From the NCBI GenBank assembly GCA_049973735.1, contig JBMFJL010000018.1, positions 1 through 9,476 on the forward strand: DNA of 9,476 nt, in the 5' to 3' direction. This document shows, piece by piece, positions 1-6,946 of the stretch (position 1 is the stretch's first letter; each line of letters opens with the position of its first letter). Made by a program: the position numbers and the translations under genes. The stretch is from Nanopusillaceae archaeon (lineage in GTDB: Archaea > Nanobdellota > Nanobdellia > Nanobdellales > Nanobdellaceae). The notes under the pieces are model-generated. The model was not told where the DNA came from. It did not search any database and saw nothing but the letters and a program-made list of their open reading frames with translations.

Positions 1-1
1 C

Positions 2-370
2 AGAAAAAGCAATAATTTATACTTTATAAATAAAGATAAAAAGAAGTCTCCAATTCCAATAGAAAATACTAGAAATATTTTTATACTAAATAAGATTTCT
101 ATTACATATAATGCCATAAAATTATTATTAGATAGAAATATACTAATCCATATATTTTATGAAAATCAAAAGAAAGGAATATTTTATTATTTGGGATCTA
201 TCTTACCAAGACAGAAGAATCCTGCAGGATTTATTCATATAAAACAGGTAGAAGCATATTCAAATATAGAAAAAAGAACAAAAATATCATTAGAAATTAT
301 AGATGCTATTAGATATAATATGATTAAAGATGAAATAGAAAAAACTACAAGAATGGGAATAACATTATAA
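2..370 (+). CDS. cas1: Cas1 N-terminal fragment. The 5' end lies outside the window and the frame ends at a premature stop at 368-370. Together with 387-1037 it behaves as a split or pseudogenised cas1.
   Basis: The frame of position 2 is open from the window edge. Translation: ...NNLYFINKDKKKSPIPIENTRNIFILNKISITYNAIKLLLDRNILIHIFYENQKKGIFYYLGSILPRQKNPAGFIHIKQVEAYSNIEKRTKISLEIIDAIRYNMIKDEIEKTTRMGITL*. This matches the Cas1 N-terminal beta domain pattern (IPxxxixxIxIxxxxxITxxAxxLLxxxxIxIxF...G...G.L.P) followed by the start of the helical domain. The frame does not continue into 387-1037 unless 67 nt are removed. Confidence 0.75.
   Translation, partial: RKSNNLYFINKDKKKSPIPIENTRNIFILNKISITYNAIKLLLDRNILIHIFYENQKKGIFYYLGSILPRQKNPAGFIHIKQVEAYSNIEKRTKISLEIIDAIRYNMIKDEIEKTTRMGITL
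303..329. repeat. Copy 1 of a perfect 27-bp direct repeat, ATGCTATTAGATATAATATGATTAAAG
   Basis: Identical by direct reading to 370-396. It lies inside the cas1 N-terminal fragment. Confidence 0.95.
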
Positions 371-396
371 TGCTATTAGATATAATATGATTAAAG
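370..396. repeat. Copy 2 of the perfect 27-bp direct repeat, 40 nt downstream of copy 1
   Basis: Identical to 303-329. The intervening 330-369 (ATGAAATAGAAAAAACTACAAGAATGGGAATAACATTATA) carries the premature stop for cas1. Confidence 0.95.
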
Positions 397-1037
397 TCTT
401 AGAGAAATATAATGAAATTAAAGATTATGTTTATCGATTAAGAAGCTTCAATGTACATAAAAAGTTTGAAGAATTAAAAAATGAATATAAAGATCCAATA
501 AATACTGCTAGAGGTATAGAAAGTAATCTATGGAATATTTTTTATGAAGCAACAGATAGAATATTAAAAACATATAAAATAGAACAAAGAACTAGAAGAC
601 CTCCTAAAAATGAAGCAAATACAATAATTAGTTTTTCGAATCAACTTTTATATTCTATCACATTAACAGAAATATATAAAACACATTTAGATCCTACAAT
701 TTCATTTTTACATGAACCTTTTGAAAAAAGATTCTCTCTAGCATTAGATCTTTCAGAGCCATTTAAACCAATAATTACTTTTAGAATTTTAATATGGTTA
801 GTAAATCAGAATATGATAAAACCAGAGCATTTTGTAAAAGGATTAAATGGAATTTTATTAAATGAATATGGTAAAAAATTAGTTATAAAAGAATTTGATA
901 AAAGAATAAATGAAACTATAAAAATAAAAGGAAAAGGTAGAAAAAGTATAAGAACATTTATTAGAGCTCAAGCTTATAGTTTAGAAAAATACTTAATAGA
1001 AGATATAGAATTTAAAGCATTTAGATTAGTTTATTAA
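387..1037 (+). CDS. cas1: Cas1 C-terminal fragment (alpha-helical catalytic domain)
   Basis: 216-aa ORF with Cas1 hallmark motifs: NEANTIISFSNQLLY, DPTISFLHEP (catalytic His) and SLALDLSEPFKPII (acidic metal ligands). The first residues MIK are encoded inside the second copy of the 27-bp repeat, which also encodes ...AIRYNMIK in the upstream fragment. Confidence 0.85.
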   Translation: MIKVLEKYNEIKDYVYRLRSFNVHKKFEELKNEYKDPINTARGIESNLWNIFYEATDRILKTYKIEQRTRRPPKNEANTIISFSNQLLYSITLTEIYKTHLDPTISFLHEPFEKRFSLALDLSEPFKPIITFRILIWLVNQNMIKPEHFVKGLNGILLNEYGKKLVIKEFDKRINETIKIKGKGRKSIRTFIRAQAYSLEKYLIEDIEFKAFRLVY

Positions 1038-3472
1038 TATATATTATCATCATCATAATCTATAAATACTCCATATTTTTCTAATTTAGTTAAATTTACA
1101 AATCCATATTCTTTAAAATATTTATATTTATCCATATCTTCTGGTAGAGATTCCAATATTGGAAAACCAATCCTTTTTATTTCTGAACTATTAGAACTTT
1201 TCATAGCCCTTGCAACAATCCATAAGGGGATTGGCACAAGATACCTCTTAAGTTCTCCAAAGAATTCCCTCCACTCCCTATAGCCTGCATTTTGATCCTT
1301 CAATCTTTGATATTCATTTATTATAGAATTTATCTTCTCTTTCAAATCTTTATCATTTATAATATCTTCGGATAATAATGTCAATATTGATGATTCGCCC
1401 CTAAAATCTAGAAGATTCATAATATTTTTTTCGCTAAGAGTACTAGACAAAAACCATAGGAGATTACCTTCTCTGTCAATATTTTCAAAGGCATCTTCAT
1501 AGATATTTACAAAATCTTTATTCTCTTCTTCTATTAATTTTCTATAAAAGTCATAATTTAGGTTTTCATCTATTTTCTCTATTATTTTTCCTTCGATAAG
1601 ATCTCTAGATGATTGATTTATTTCTTTTAATACCTTAAGAGTTCTTTCTAATTCTTCATATTCATATGGATATTTTTTATCCTCTTTGATTTTTTCTAAT
1701 TCTGCTGGCATATAAACATATACTTTGCTTTTTTCTTTATTTCCATATCTATTTACCCTACCTGATCTTTGAATTATTGATGATAATGGCGCTAATTCCG
1801 TAAATAATATATCATAATCTATATCCAAAGAAACTTCTGCTATTTGTGTTGCAATAAATATACCACCTTTCTTTTCTATTTCTCTTATTCTATCTTCTTT
1901 TTCTTCTCTATCTTTAAAGGTATGCCTAGCATGTAACAATAAAATTTTATCATTAGGTATATTATAAGTCTCTTTCAATTTTTCATATAAAGCTACACTT
2001 TTTTCAACAGTATTTAATATAACCAAAACTTTCTTATTTTTTTCATATTCTTTAGCTATTTGATCTATATCTTCTAAAATATCCTTTTCTATCAATTCAA
2101 TTGATAATCTTACTCTATTGTAATATTTCTCTTCATAAAAACTTTTATCTAGTCTACCATAAATATCTTTTACCTCAAATTTTATATTTAATCCGTCAGT
2201 AATATATTCATATAATCCCTTTGGTAATGTAGCAGACATAAAAAGCAGTTTAAATTTGTATAGATCTGCAAAGTGTTGTAAAATCTTTTTTAATAAAAAT
2301 ATCATCCTGGGAGTAAGTAAATGTATTTCATCCAATATTATAATAGAATTTCTGAAGTTTACTCTCTTTAAGAAGTATCTGCCTGCTTGCAAGAATGATA
2401 AAATTATTTGATCTACTGTCGTAATATTTATTGGTGAATACATATTTTGTATATAAAATAAATTTGCAATTCTCTCATCAACTATATCATTTTCATTTTC
2501 TGAAAGTAAGTGAGCATCATATAAATAAAAATACATGGATACATTATTACAATATATATCTTCTAGTTTCTCATAAAAATCTTTTATCGATGTTATTGTT
2601 GGTAAGGTAAAAAATATCCTATTATAATTTTTATTTTTAGCGAATAACAGAGCAGTTGATGTTTTTCCCCATCCAGTAGGAGCCCTTAAAAATAAGTAAT
2701 TATAATTAGATAATAAACTTTGTTTATTATATCTTTCCAAATCGATATTATTGCCTATAATATTCTTAATATCATCGTCGATAATTTTTATACTTTTAAA
2801 ATAATTTTTATACTCATTAAATTTCCCTTGAGCTGATATAGAATCTGCAAATTTAAATAAACCATATAAATCGGCTAAATTTATCAAATATTTTTTACCT
2901 AACTTCTTTAATATAACCTTTAAAAGTTCTGTATAAGTAAGTTCAAGGCTATCATTCTTATATTTTCTCTTACCCAATATTTTAGCTATTTCGAATTTAT
3001 CTTCTGTTTGTAATAAGTCCTTAAAACGCATAATATCTAAGTCCAACAAATCGTTTAAGATTTCTCTAGAATTTTGAAAATAAACAGTAAAGTTTGAATG
3101 ATGTTTTAATACCAAGTAATATAAAAGAAATCTTTCTTCATAATTAAGCTTAGATAATTCTCTAATTATATCTTTATTTTTTTCACATAATAATCTTCTT
3201 AAACCTTCTAAGGACCATACAGCATGATTTCCTGGTTTGCTAGGTTTTTTACCTTCTTCTATCTCTTTAATATAATTTTGAAATTTCTTTTTACACTTAC
3301 CTATGTCATGATATTTTGCAACTAGATTTATTAAATCTAAAAGTCTATAATCTTCATTTATCAAATATTTTTCTATTATTTCTCTATCATTTATAATTCT
3401 TTGTATTTCCTCTATATGTTCTCTTAATAATTTACCTGGATGAGATCTGCCATTACAGATAATTGAACCCAT
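1034..3472 (-). CDS. cas3: Cas3 with an N-terminal HD nuclease fused to an SF2 DExH helicase
   Basis: 812 aa. HD-domain motifs: REHIEE, KYHDIGK, GNHAVWS, LKHHSNF. Helicase motifs: I APTGWGKT, II LDEIH, III MSATLP, VI QRSGRVNR. ATG start at 3472 overlaps the cas5 end by 20 nt. Confidence 0.9.
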   Translation of the reverse strand: MGSIICNGRSHPGKLLREHIEEIQRIINDREIIEKYLINEDYRLLDLINLVAKYHDIGKCKKKFQNYIKEIEEGKKPSKPGNHAVWSLEGLRRLLCEKNKDIIRELSKLNYEERFLLYYLVLKHHSNFTVYFQNSREILNDLLDLDIMRFKDLLQTEDKFEIAKILGKRKYKNDSLELTYTELLKVILKKLGKKYLINLADLYGLFKFADSISAQGKFNEYKNYFKSIKIIDDDIKNIIGNNIDLERYNKQSLLSNYNYLFLRAPTGWGKTSTALLFAKNKNYNRIFFTLPTITSIKDFYEKLEDIYCNNVSMYFYLYDAHLLSENENDIVDERIANLFYIQNMYSPINITTVDQIILSFLQAGRYFLKRVNFRNSIIILDEIHLLTPRMIFLLKKILQHFADLYKFKLLFMSATLPKGLYEYITDGLNIKFEVKDIYGRLDKSFYEEKYYNRVRLSIELIEKDILEDIDQIAKEYEKNKKVLVILNTVEKSVALYEKLKETYNIPNDKILLLHARHTFKDREEKEDRIREIEKKGGIFIATQIAEVSLDIDYDILFTELAPLSSIIQRSGRVNRYGNKEKSKVYVYMPAELEKIKEDKKYPYEYEELERTLKVLKEINQSSRDLIEGKIIEKIDENLNYDFYRKLIEEENKDFVNIYEDAFENIDREGNLLWFLSSTLSEKNIMNLLDFRGESSILTLLSEDIINDKDLKEKINSIINEYQRLKDQNAGYREWREFFGELKRYLVPIPLWIVARAMKSSNSSEIKRIGFPILESLPEDMDKYKYFKEYGFVNLTKLEKYGVFIDYDDDNIY

Positions 3473-4178
3473 TTATACTATATATTGGTATATCAAATAC
3501 GGTTTTTACGCTATTTTTTAATTCTACTTTTATTTCTTTATTTTTTTGTTCATTTTTATCTTCTTTTATATATTTTATAAAAGCAAAATATTTTAGAGCA
3601 TTATTATACTTTACTGGTAAAATTTGCATCTCGACACTTTTATCTATTTTATTGATTTCTTCAACTAGTATATATCCCCCTTTTATTATTTTCTTTTCTT
3701 CAACATTTATGAGATCTTTTAATATTTTAAAATCCTTTGCAAAATAATCATTTTGTCCTCCATATAGATATCTAGTAAGATTAATATTATACCATTTTCC
3801 ATAATTATCTTCTTCATATATATCTAAAATTTTTATTTTACTTAAAATTTTTTCTTCTAGCATCTTTTCATTACCTGCCACTATAATTAGATGTTCAACA
3901 TCATTATATAATTGATATTTAGTTACGCCTTTAATATTTTTTCCTATCTGTATATAGGTAGCATTTTCCTCTAATATATTTCCTTTAATCATTGCAGATC
4001 CATAATAAAAATCTTTAAGATTTTCAAAAGTATCTCTTCTATCATAACCACAGATATTCCCTATCATACCTAAAATCGTTGTAGGTAATGGAGCAGGATA
4101 AGATAGTTTAAATGCTTTAGTATAATGAACTTTAAATAAAGCTTCAAAAAATGAAAATTTGAAAACTAAAGCCTTCAT
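3453..4178 (-). CDS. cas5: Cas5 (type I, Cas5t/Cas5a-like)
   Basis: 241 aa. The N-terminus MKALVFKFSFFEALFKVHYTKAFKLSYPAPLPTTILGMIGNICG matches the Cas5 signature (F..p......tYP.P.pStixGmxxxixG). It sits between cas7 and cas3. ATGA start/stop overlap with cas7 at 4175-4178. Confidence 0.8.
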   Translation of the reverse strand: MKALVFKFSFFEALFKVHYTKAFKLSYPAPLPTTILGMIGNICGYDRRDTFENLKDFYYGSAMIKGNILEENATYIQIGKNIKGVTKYQLYNDVEHLIIVAGNEKMLEEKILSKIKILDIYEEDNYGKWYNINLTRYLYGGQNDYFAKDFKILKDLINVEEKKIIKGGYILVEEINKIDKSVEMQILPVKYNNALKYFAFIKYIKEDKNEQKNKEIKVELKNSVKTVFDIPIYSINGFNYL

Positions 4179-5158
4179 AATAAATGGTTAGTAATTTCTT
4201 CTATTGCCTTATTAACATCTACTTTTTCTATATCATCTATATTTTCCTTTAACCAATTATCATAGTCTATAACTAATACTCTACTCTCTAATTTTTTACA
4301 TATCTCAACTAATTTCTTTAATTTTTCTGTATCAACTATACCTTGTTCTTTATAATCTAGATACTGATAAACCGGTAATACCCCTTTATTATTTAAAACA
4401 ACTACTGCGATTTTATATTCAGGTACATTTAATGAATTTGTTCTTCTAGGTAATACATATTTTGGTGTTAATAATACTTCTAAGAATTTTTTAATCCTCT
4501 CTTCTCTTTTATTTCGATCTAATTCATAGTAATCTCTATTTTTTTGCAACTGATCTTTTTGATCTTTTTTTAGTTCATCCTCTTTAAATTTTCCTATATA
4601 ATCATATATCAATACATTCAATCTACCAATAAAATCTGCTACTTCTACTTCAAATGGCTGTGGATTATCATCTTTATTTCTTGGAAATCTTCCACCGAAT
4701 TCTGTAACTATAGGTGTATTTTTTAAAGCTTTAAAGTATGATATTGCTACAGGTGCTTGTCTTGACAAAGAACCACCTTCTCCTTTTCTGGAACCCTTTA
4801 TTGTTACCATATATCCAAATAAATCATTATCTATATACTTTATAGGATCACCGCTATCATTTAGATTTTTATTACCCATATTTTTCTTATCATTTTGTTC
4901 CTTATTATCATTTAAATTTTTAGTATCATTAACAAAAGGGTCTATTTCGAATCCTTCGTTTTTTAATGCCTCTCTTATCGCATACTTAATAGCTCTTGCA
5001 GATACAAATGGTAATACTTCTCCTTCTGATGAATAAAACTTCTTAATGGTTGTTCTATTTCCTATTGTTTCATCTGCATTTACATTTCCATATACTCTTG
5101 CTAAAATTGCTATTTGTACAGTTTTATTGGTTTTGTCCTTCTTTTCTGTCATCATCAT
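4175..5158 (-). CDS. cas7: Cas7 backbone subunit, Csa2/Cst2/DevR-type
   Basis: 327 aa. N-terminal ILARVYGNVNADETIGNRTT (the xLNAxGxxGN-like motif of Csa2/DevR Cas7), then SARAIKYAIREAL, then IDNDLFGYM (equivalent of the CDLFG motif). Three consecutive ATGs at 5150-5158. Overlaps the cas8 end by 35 nt. Confidence 0.85.
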   Translation of the reverse strand: MMMTEKKDKTNKTVQIAILARVYGNVNADETIGNRTTIKKFYSSEGEVLPFVSARAIKYAIREALKNEGFEIDPFVNDTKNLNDNKEQNDKKNMGNKNLNDSGDPIKYIDNDLFGYMVTIKGSRKGEGGSLSRQAPVAISYFKALKNTPIVTEFGGRFPRNKDDNPQPFEVEVADFIGRLNVLIYDYIGKFKEDELKKDQKDQLQKNRDYYELDRNKREERIKKFLEVLLTPKYVLPRRTNSLNVPEYKIAVVVLNNKGVLPVYQYLDYKEQGIVDTEKLKKLVEICKKLESRVLVIDYDNWLKENIDDIEKVDVNKAIEEITNHLL

Positions 5159-6455
5159 TTTCTCGAGATTTGTCTATGGATAAAGAATTTATTAGGCCGG
5201 ATAATATAGCTGATTTAACCATATAAAAGCTATCTCCCTTGTATTCTTCACTAAATAGTTTATTATTTATTGATAAATTAAAATCAATTTTTCCAGTTTC
5301 TTTTTTTATCTTTTCTACTACTTCATAGATAGCTGATGAAAGTGATGAAAAAAACCTTCCAGGCATCTCCTCTTTTCTTATCTCTTTTATTATTTCTTCT
5401 ATATACTCTCTTCCATTTTCTTTAGATGCATTTATTATATTTATTCCTATATATAGAGCCCAGTTGTATATTGCATCTACATTCATCATTAAATAGAAAT
5501 CTCCTGCTGAACGTATTGTTAAATACTTTTTACTTTTATCAATATATTCATAGAGTAAGAGTATCATTTTAGACAATATTTCGAAATTGATTTTATTTTT
5601 AAAGACTAAATAATACAAAAATTTATCTAACAAGCCGGCACTTTTATCTTTATAGTCTTTATCTGGTATATAGAAAGAAAATACAAATGATCCTACTGTA
5701 GAACGATTTAAATCAATATAATTAAATTTGCTACTAATCCTCGTGTCCTTTAATGCTATAGACAACTCTCTAATATAATATATTTTTATGAATCTTGTCA
5801 AATCGTTTAAATAATATTTTTTCTTTTTGTTTCTACTTAAGACTGTAAACACGGCATTTATAGGTTTATTTATATCAGAATTTAGTTCGTTTATATCTAA
5901 ACCCAATAATTCCAAAGTTATGTCTTCCTTTTTACTACTTATCAAAGTCATAATAAAATGATTTAACATTAAGAATAAAATTATATGCGAGTAATCAGAA
6001 ACGAAACCCTTATACAATTTATCAGATAATCCTAGATATTCTAAAGCTTTCTTCATATAATTTTCTCTAATTTTTTCGGATTCTAAATTTATATCTCTCA
6101 AAATAACTATACTTTTATAAATTTTTTCCAGTTCTTCATCCTTAATTTTTAATAGATAAACATAACCACCTAGTTTTATATATACCCCCGTAAAATCATC
6201 TATTAATTCTCTTATTTCATCTTCGGATAAAAAAATGTCCTTTTTCTTTAAGAAAAAGTTTTTACCTTCTTTATATGAAGTTGTAGTTGGTAATATAGTT
6301 GATCTAACACCTTCTGACTTTGACTTTTCTATTTCAGATTTTAATATCTCTAACAATTCTGAAGTATCCTTAGCATACTTAGCAGAATTTAGATGACCAA
6401 ATAAAACTTTTAGAAAATCTTTATAATATGGATGATTTAATTTCGATAAATCCAT
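5124..6455 (-). CDS. cas8: Cas8-like large subunit (Cas8a/Cas8b class), assigned mainly by position
   Basis: 443-aa first gene of the cas8-cas7-cas5-cas3 operon. I recognise no conserved motif, which is expected because Cas8 families are very divergent. Size and position fit a type I-A/I-B large subunit. Confidence 0.6.
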   Translation of the reverse strand: MDLSKLNHPYYKDFLKVLFGHLNSAKYAKDTSELLEILKSEIEKSKSEGVRSTILPTTTSYKEGKNFFLKKKDIFLSEDEIRELIDDFTGVYIKLGGYVYLLKIKDEELEKIYKSIVILRDINLESEKIRENYMKKALEYLGLSDKLYKGFVSDYSHIILFLMLNHFIMTLISSKKEDITLELLGLDINELNSDINKPINAVFTVLSRNKKKKYYLNDLTRFIKIYYIRELSIALKDTRISSKFNYIDLNRSTVGSFVFSFYIPDKDYKDKSAGLLDKFLYYLVFKNKINFEILSKMILLLYEYIDKSKKYLTIRSAGDFYLMMNVDAIYNWALYIGINIINASKENGREYIEEIIKEIRKEEMPGRFFSSLSSAIYEVVEKIKKETGKIDFNLSINNKLFSEEYKGDSFYMVKSAILSGLINSLSIDKSRENDDDRKEGQNQ

Positions 6456-6475
6456 TACATACTATTATAACCAAT

Positions 6476-6483
6476 ATTTATAA
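6476..6483 (-). promoter_or_regulatory. TATA-like box (TTATAAAT on the minus strand) about 25 nt upstream of the cas8 ATG
   Basis: The spacing fits an archaeal TATA-to-TSS distance with a leaderless or near-leaderless mRNA, and there is no SD before cas8. AT-rich background makes a chance match likely. Confidence 0.3.
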
Positions 6484-6504
6484 GTCTTACCATGTTATAC
6501 GGAC

Positions 6505-6542
6505 TTTTTACATATTTGAATATTTGCCTGCATATGTAAAAA
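6505..6542. promoter_or_regulatory. Perfect 11-bp inverted repeat (TTTTTACATAT - 16 nt - ATATGTAAAAA), a candidate operator in the divergent cas promoter region
   Basis: Arms at 6505-6515 and 6532-6542 are exact reverse complements. The centre (6523.5) coincides with the midpoint (6524) of the 137-bp intergenic region between the cas8 ATG (6455) and the HEPN-like ATG (6593). Confidence 0.4.
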
Positions 6543-6561
6543 TGCTATATACCAGATTAAA

Positions 6562-6569
6562 ATTATAAG
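6562..6569 (+). promoter_or_regulatory. TATA-like box (ATTATAAG, preceded by A-rich TTAAAA) about 27 nt upstream of the HEPN-like ATG
   Basis: Mirror-image position to the cas8 box relative to the central inverted repeat. No SD upstream of 6593. Confidence 0.3.
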
Positions 6570-6592
6570 CCTTATCAAATATATTATAATAT

Positions 6593-6946
6593 ATGGAAAG
6601 CCTTGAAGAAACTTGGAAAAAATACCTCAATTCTGCAGACAAACTATATAATGAAGGAGATTATGGAAGTAGTGCTGTATTATATATAAAAGCCATTTTC
6701 TTAATAATTGATAATTTCTTGTATTCAAAATTTAATTTAGAAGTTAAAGATCACAAAGAGAGAGAACTATATTTAATATCTAAAAAAGATATGGATCCTA
6801 CATGTAAAAGAATATTAGAAATATACAATATTGTATATAAATCCCATAGAGAAACATATAAAAGAGAATTAAATCAAAGCGAAGTTATGATAATAAAATC
6901 TCTTGCATATGAACTTAAAAAACTTATTAAACTATCTAAAAAGTAA
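6593..6946 (+). CDS. Small all-helical HEPN-like protein, partner of the downstream nucleotidyltransferase
   Basis: 117 aa. The N-terminal EETWKKYLNSADKLYNEGDYGSSAVLYIKAIFLIIDNFLY resembles the HEPN (PF05168-type) opening helices (wl..A...l..a....g.y..a....y.A). A C-terminal SHRETYKRELNQSEV block follows. I find no canonical Rx4-6H RNase motif. Overlaps the NTase gene by 38 nt. Confidence 0.5.
   Translation: MESLEETWKKYLNSADKLYNEGDYGSSAVLYIKAIFLIIDNFLYSKFNLEVKDHKERELYLISKKDMDPTCKRILEIYNIVYKSHRETYKRELNQSEVMIIKSLAYELKKLIKLSKK

Noticed and set aside
303-396. Treating the 27-bp repeat pair as a functional mini CRISPR array
   Set aside because: There are only two copies, both embedded in the cas1 coding sequence, with no leader. 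The repeat itself encodes conserved Cas1 residues, so it is native gene sequence that was duplicated. It is kept only as a possible integration footprint (see findings).
3463-3747. 94-aa plus-strand ORF (MNPFILYIGISNTVF...)
   Set aside because: It lies entirely antisense to cas5. Its Phe/Ile/Leu/Ser-rich low-complexity product is what the reverse strand of a Lys/Glu/Asn-rich AT-rich gene yields, so it is a shadow ORF.
6492-6539. 15-codon mini-ORF (MLYGLFTYLNICLHM) in the divergent intergenic region
   Set aside because: It is too short and has no RBS or promoter context. It is spelled out by the arms of the inverted repeat, which is the more parsimonious functional element.
6903-6908. ORF-track start of the NTase at 6903, and of cas4 at 7474
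   Set aside because: Both are TTG codons. In-frame ATGs at 6909 and 7495 give N-termini typical of MNT and Cas4 families and shorter gene overlaps. The longer forms cannot be formally excluded.
6593-6946. Interpreting the 117-aa helical protein as the missing Cas11/Csa5 small subunit
   Set aside because: It is transcribed away from the effector operon and is tightly overlapped with an NTase gene. Its N-terminal helices look HEPN-like. The pairing with an NTase is the stronger signal, but profile searches should confirm it.
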